Made by a program: the position numbers and the translations under genes. From Eledone cirrhosa (lineage: Eukaryota), in assembly GCA_964016885.1 (NCBI GenBank), contig OZ024759.1:25482001-25546000 (forward strand): 64,000 nt of DNA. The letters are read 5' to 3'. Numbering within the stretch: the stretch's first letter is position 1; every line of letters begins with the position of its first letter. Shown piece after piece: positions 60,896-64,000 of the stretch. The notes under the pieces are model-generated. The model was not told the DNA's origin and searched no databases. It worked only from the letters and a program-made list of their open reading frames with translations.

Positions 60896-61356
60896 TGTAT
60901 GTATGTATGTGTGTATATATTATGAGTCGAAAGACGGCGGCTGAGCTCTTGCCGTTTCAACAGCTAGTTCCAGACTCTTTATATAACCATACTCTACCAC
61001 CCCAAGTATCGAGCACTTTGTTGAGTAATGGTCATCCTGATATATATTTCTTATATATATATATGTACCTAATACCTTTCGTAACTTTTACTCCTGTGTT
61101 GTTTTCTTACTTTCTCGTATATATATATATATATATTTCGTGTGTGTATATATATATATATATGAGTTTAACGCTTGATATAGTAAGAAAAGAGTCTTAA
61201 CAATTCGAACGCCAGCAGATAGAATGAGAACTAAAAGATAAAATATAGTTAGAGAGTGAGAAGAGGAAGAACAGAGAAAAAACATTATTGAGAAAAAATA
61301 GGTGCGTGTTTAGTCAGCCATTTTGGAGGAAAGTGTGTATGTCCGTGTGTGTGTGT

Positions 61357-61409
<53 letters not shown>

Positions 61410-61718
61410 CATCTACTCAGATTGTTCACGGTGGTACAGAGTGGAAGAGCGATCAAAATGGTGCTCATGAACAGAGATGACTTTAAATAGCTTATAAAAC
61501 GGTGAAAACTGTTAAAGACATATACATATATATGTAAATACACACACACACATGCACACCCACGCACATACACACACACACATACACATACATACATCTA
61601 TATATATTTATACAATCATGTGTATATTTGCATATATACATATATATCGGTTTCAACACACGTTTTCAGATAGAGAATCTTGCTAAACAAATTCAGAAAC
61701 GATATATATATATATATC

Positions 61719-62365
61719 AACTCTGGATGTCAGTGAGCATGTCCAGCTCACCTCAGTCTCCTCTGTGCCACTTTTGAGCTGACTTTTGAGATGTTCCCAT
61801 ATAGCTCTGAGTTTTTCATCCTCAGTGTATACTGATTAATGTTCAGAGCCATCCTCAGCATTCTCGTGTAGCACCCATCCACCATCTGAGTGAGTTTCTT
61901 GGTCAGTGTCCAAGTCTCAGACCCGTACAGCAGCACAAACTCCACTACAGCAATGAAGAGGCGGACTTTCAGGTCTTTACGAGGGTCCGACTTCCACACC
62001 GATCTCAAGCTGTGGCACGCCGCCCAGGCTTTGCTCTTCCTCTCAACCACATCATCTTCCGTATTCCTAATCTTTGCTCCCAAATACAGGAGGCCCTCAA
62101 CCAAGTCTAGCGGCTCCCCTAGTGATCCTTTCTGGCTTCTCAACATTCTCTATCAGATATTTTGTTTTAGTCTCATTCATTCTCAGCCCCACGCTCATCG
62201 ACACACTAGATGGACACACTAGAAGAGGAAGACCAAGGTTAACGTATGTTGATGTCCTAAGGACAGACACTGGTCTGTTGGAGACGCAGGACATGGCAGC
62301 GATAATGAGGGACAGAGACCGCTGGAGAGAACTCGGCCATGGATCTCGGGAATTTTACCCGCCTT

Positions 62366-62367
<2 letters not shown>
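61719..62367. mobile_element. RTE-type LINE fragment with inverted 5' segment
   Basis: The minus strand about 62203-61720 encodes VGLRMNETKTKY...YLGA...VLLYGSETWTLTK...DGCYTRMLRMALNI...QRRLR*AGH with disablements. The plus strand about 62205-62367 encodes the downstream end GHTRRGRPRLTYVDVL...MRDRDRWRE. TA tracts on both sides. Confidence 0.8.
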
Positions 62368-62408
<41 letters not shown>

Positions 62409-62451
62409 ATTAGAAAGTGAACAACTCAATATATCCTGATAATATCTCTCT

Positions 62452-62507
62452 CTGATGAACGATCCAGATGTATATTAATATTGTGTAAGATCCAGAAACC
62501 TTTGGTA
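62452..62507 (+). ncRNA. Hammerhead-like core between short inverted repeats (62403-62433 and 62520-62550)
   Basis: CTGATGA...GAAA-CC(TTT)GG-TA. Stems I and II are weak. Confidence 0.4.
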
Positions 62508-62726
62508 ATGGAATAGTTTTATATTGTGTTGTTCACTTTCTAATTAAATACCTCTGTTCTACACAGAAGACTCTTTTTTCTTTTTCTTTTTCTTTTTCTT
62601 TTGAATTACCTAAACCACACACACACACACACACACATATATATACATGTGTGGCTGTTTGTATGCGTGTGTATATATGTGTGTATGTGTATCTATATAT
62701 CTTTGTATATATATATTTATGTATGT

Positions 62727-62835
<109 letters not shown>

Positions 62836-63715
62836 TATCGCTAAAAACCACAGTCCTGGTGTTGTTACCAAAAATATCTCCAAGCGAAATCCGCGTGACC
62901 CACCGCAGACTCAGCTGAAATTCTCGCTAACCAACATCTCGTCTCTATGAAATCAACCTTTGCGATAACAGAATGGAGGGGAAGTTGGTGGTGGTGGGGT
63001 GGCGGGGTGAATGATGAATTACATATTAACGTTAATGTTGTTGTTGGTAGTGATGTTGGTGGTGGTGTTGGTGGTGATGTTGGTGGTGATGTTGGTGGTG
63101 ATGATGTTGGTGGTGGTGGGTAGTGGTAGTGTTTGTGGCGTGTTCTGTTTGAGGTGTTAGTAGTGATGGTGATGGTGGTTGACATGATTAGGGTGATGGT
63201 AATGGTAATGGAGGATGGTGGTGGTGGTGATAGTGGAGGGTGGTGGTGGTGATGATGGTGGTGGAGGATGGTGGTAGTGTTGGTCGAGTGGTGGTGGTGG
63301 TAGTGGTGTGTAGTGGGTAGTGGTGGTGGCGAGTTGTCTTTCAAGGGTGGTGTTGGTGGTGGTTGTAGTAATGGTAATGTTGGTCGGGTTGTGGTGGTGG
63401 TGGTGGTGGTAGTGGTGGTGGTTGTATTTATCAAGCACCATCAAGGTGCTTGATATGGTGATGGTCTTGGTGGTAGAGTGTGATTATGGTGCTGGTATTG
63501 AAGGGTTGGTGGTCGTGGTGTGGTGGTAGTGTTGGCTTGTGGCGGCAATGTGGTGGTAGCGAGGTGTTTTTTTTTGTAAATTGTCATTGCTGATGTTGTT
63601 GCCTGGAGTATTAACGTGACAAAGGTCACCAAGAATCTGTTTATGTTGTTATAGATTCAACTAAGCATCCAATAAAAAAACCTTTAATCCCAACATATTA
63701 TTATTGGATTTACAT

Positions 63716-64000
63716 AGGGCGGTGGATTGGCAGTATCGGTAGAGGGTCGGACGCCATGCTTTGACGCATAGAGTTATGGCCCTTGCCATTCTGAGTTCAA
63801 ATCCCGTCGAGGTTAACTTTGTCTTTCATCCTTACGGGGTCGATAAAATAAATTACCAGTAATGTACTGGGTAATTGCTGCCCTTGTGCCAAAAGAAGAA
63901 ACAATTATTATTGGATTTGCAGTATCAGTAGAAGGTCGGACACCATGCTTTGCAGCATAGAGTTATACCCCTTTACGGTCTCAGTTCAAATCCGGCCGAG
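63716..64000 (+). mobile_element. SINE (full copy) plus the start of a second copy
   Basis: gggcggtggattggcagtatcggtagagggtcggacgccatgc...gttcaaatcccg...tttcatccttacggggtcgataaaata. Confidence 0.85.

Overview
Eukaryotic, very AT-rich and microsatellite-saturated genomic DNA. The repeat content (tRNA-derived SINEs, (TA)n/(CA)n tracts) points to a coleoid cephalopod, probably an octopod; this is an inference. Two protein-coding genes are supported: a signal-peptide cyclophilin B-like PPIase (+, single coding exon 8415-9101) and a two-exon NK4/tinman/Nkx2-5-type homeobox gene (-, 28695-28197 joined to 19338-18782). The rest is SINEs, a Dong/R4 LINE fragment in (TAA)n, a 5'-inverted RTE LINE, Helitron-like and mariner-like non-autonomous elements, minisatellites and a 200-N gap. 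The most notable unannotated signal is about 25 short insertions in (TA)n tracts, from at least 8 sequence-unrelated families. Many form long hairpins, and many carry minimal type I hammerhead ribozyme motifs (CUGANGA...GAAA...UH, several with a palindromic stem III). They share an inverted-arm-plus-tail architecture with fixed end points and a common tail motif. They are best explained as a diverse population of non-coding Penelope-like/retrozyme-type elements that target TA microsatellites. Nearly all other ORFs in the supplied track are microsatellite artefacts.
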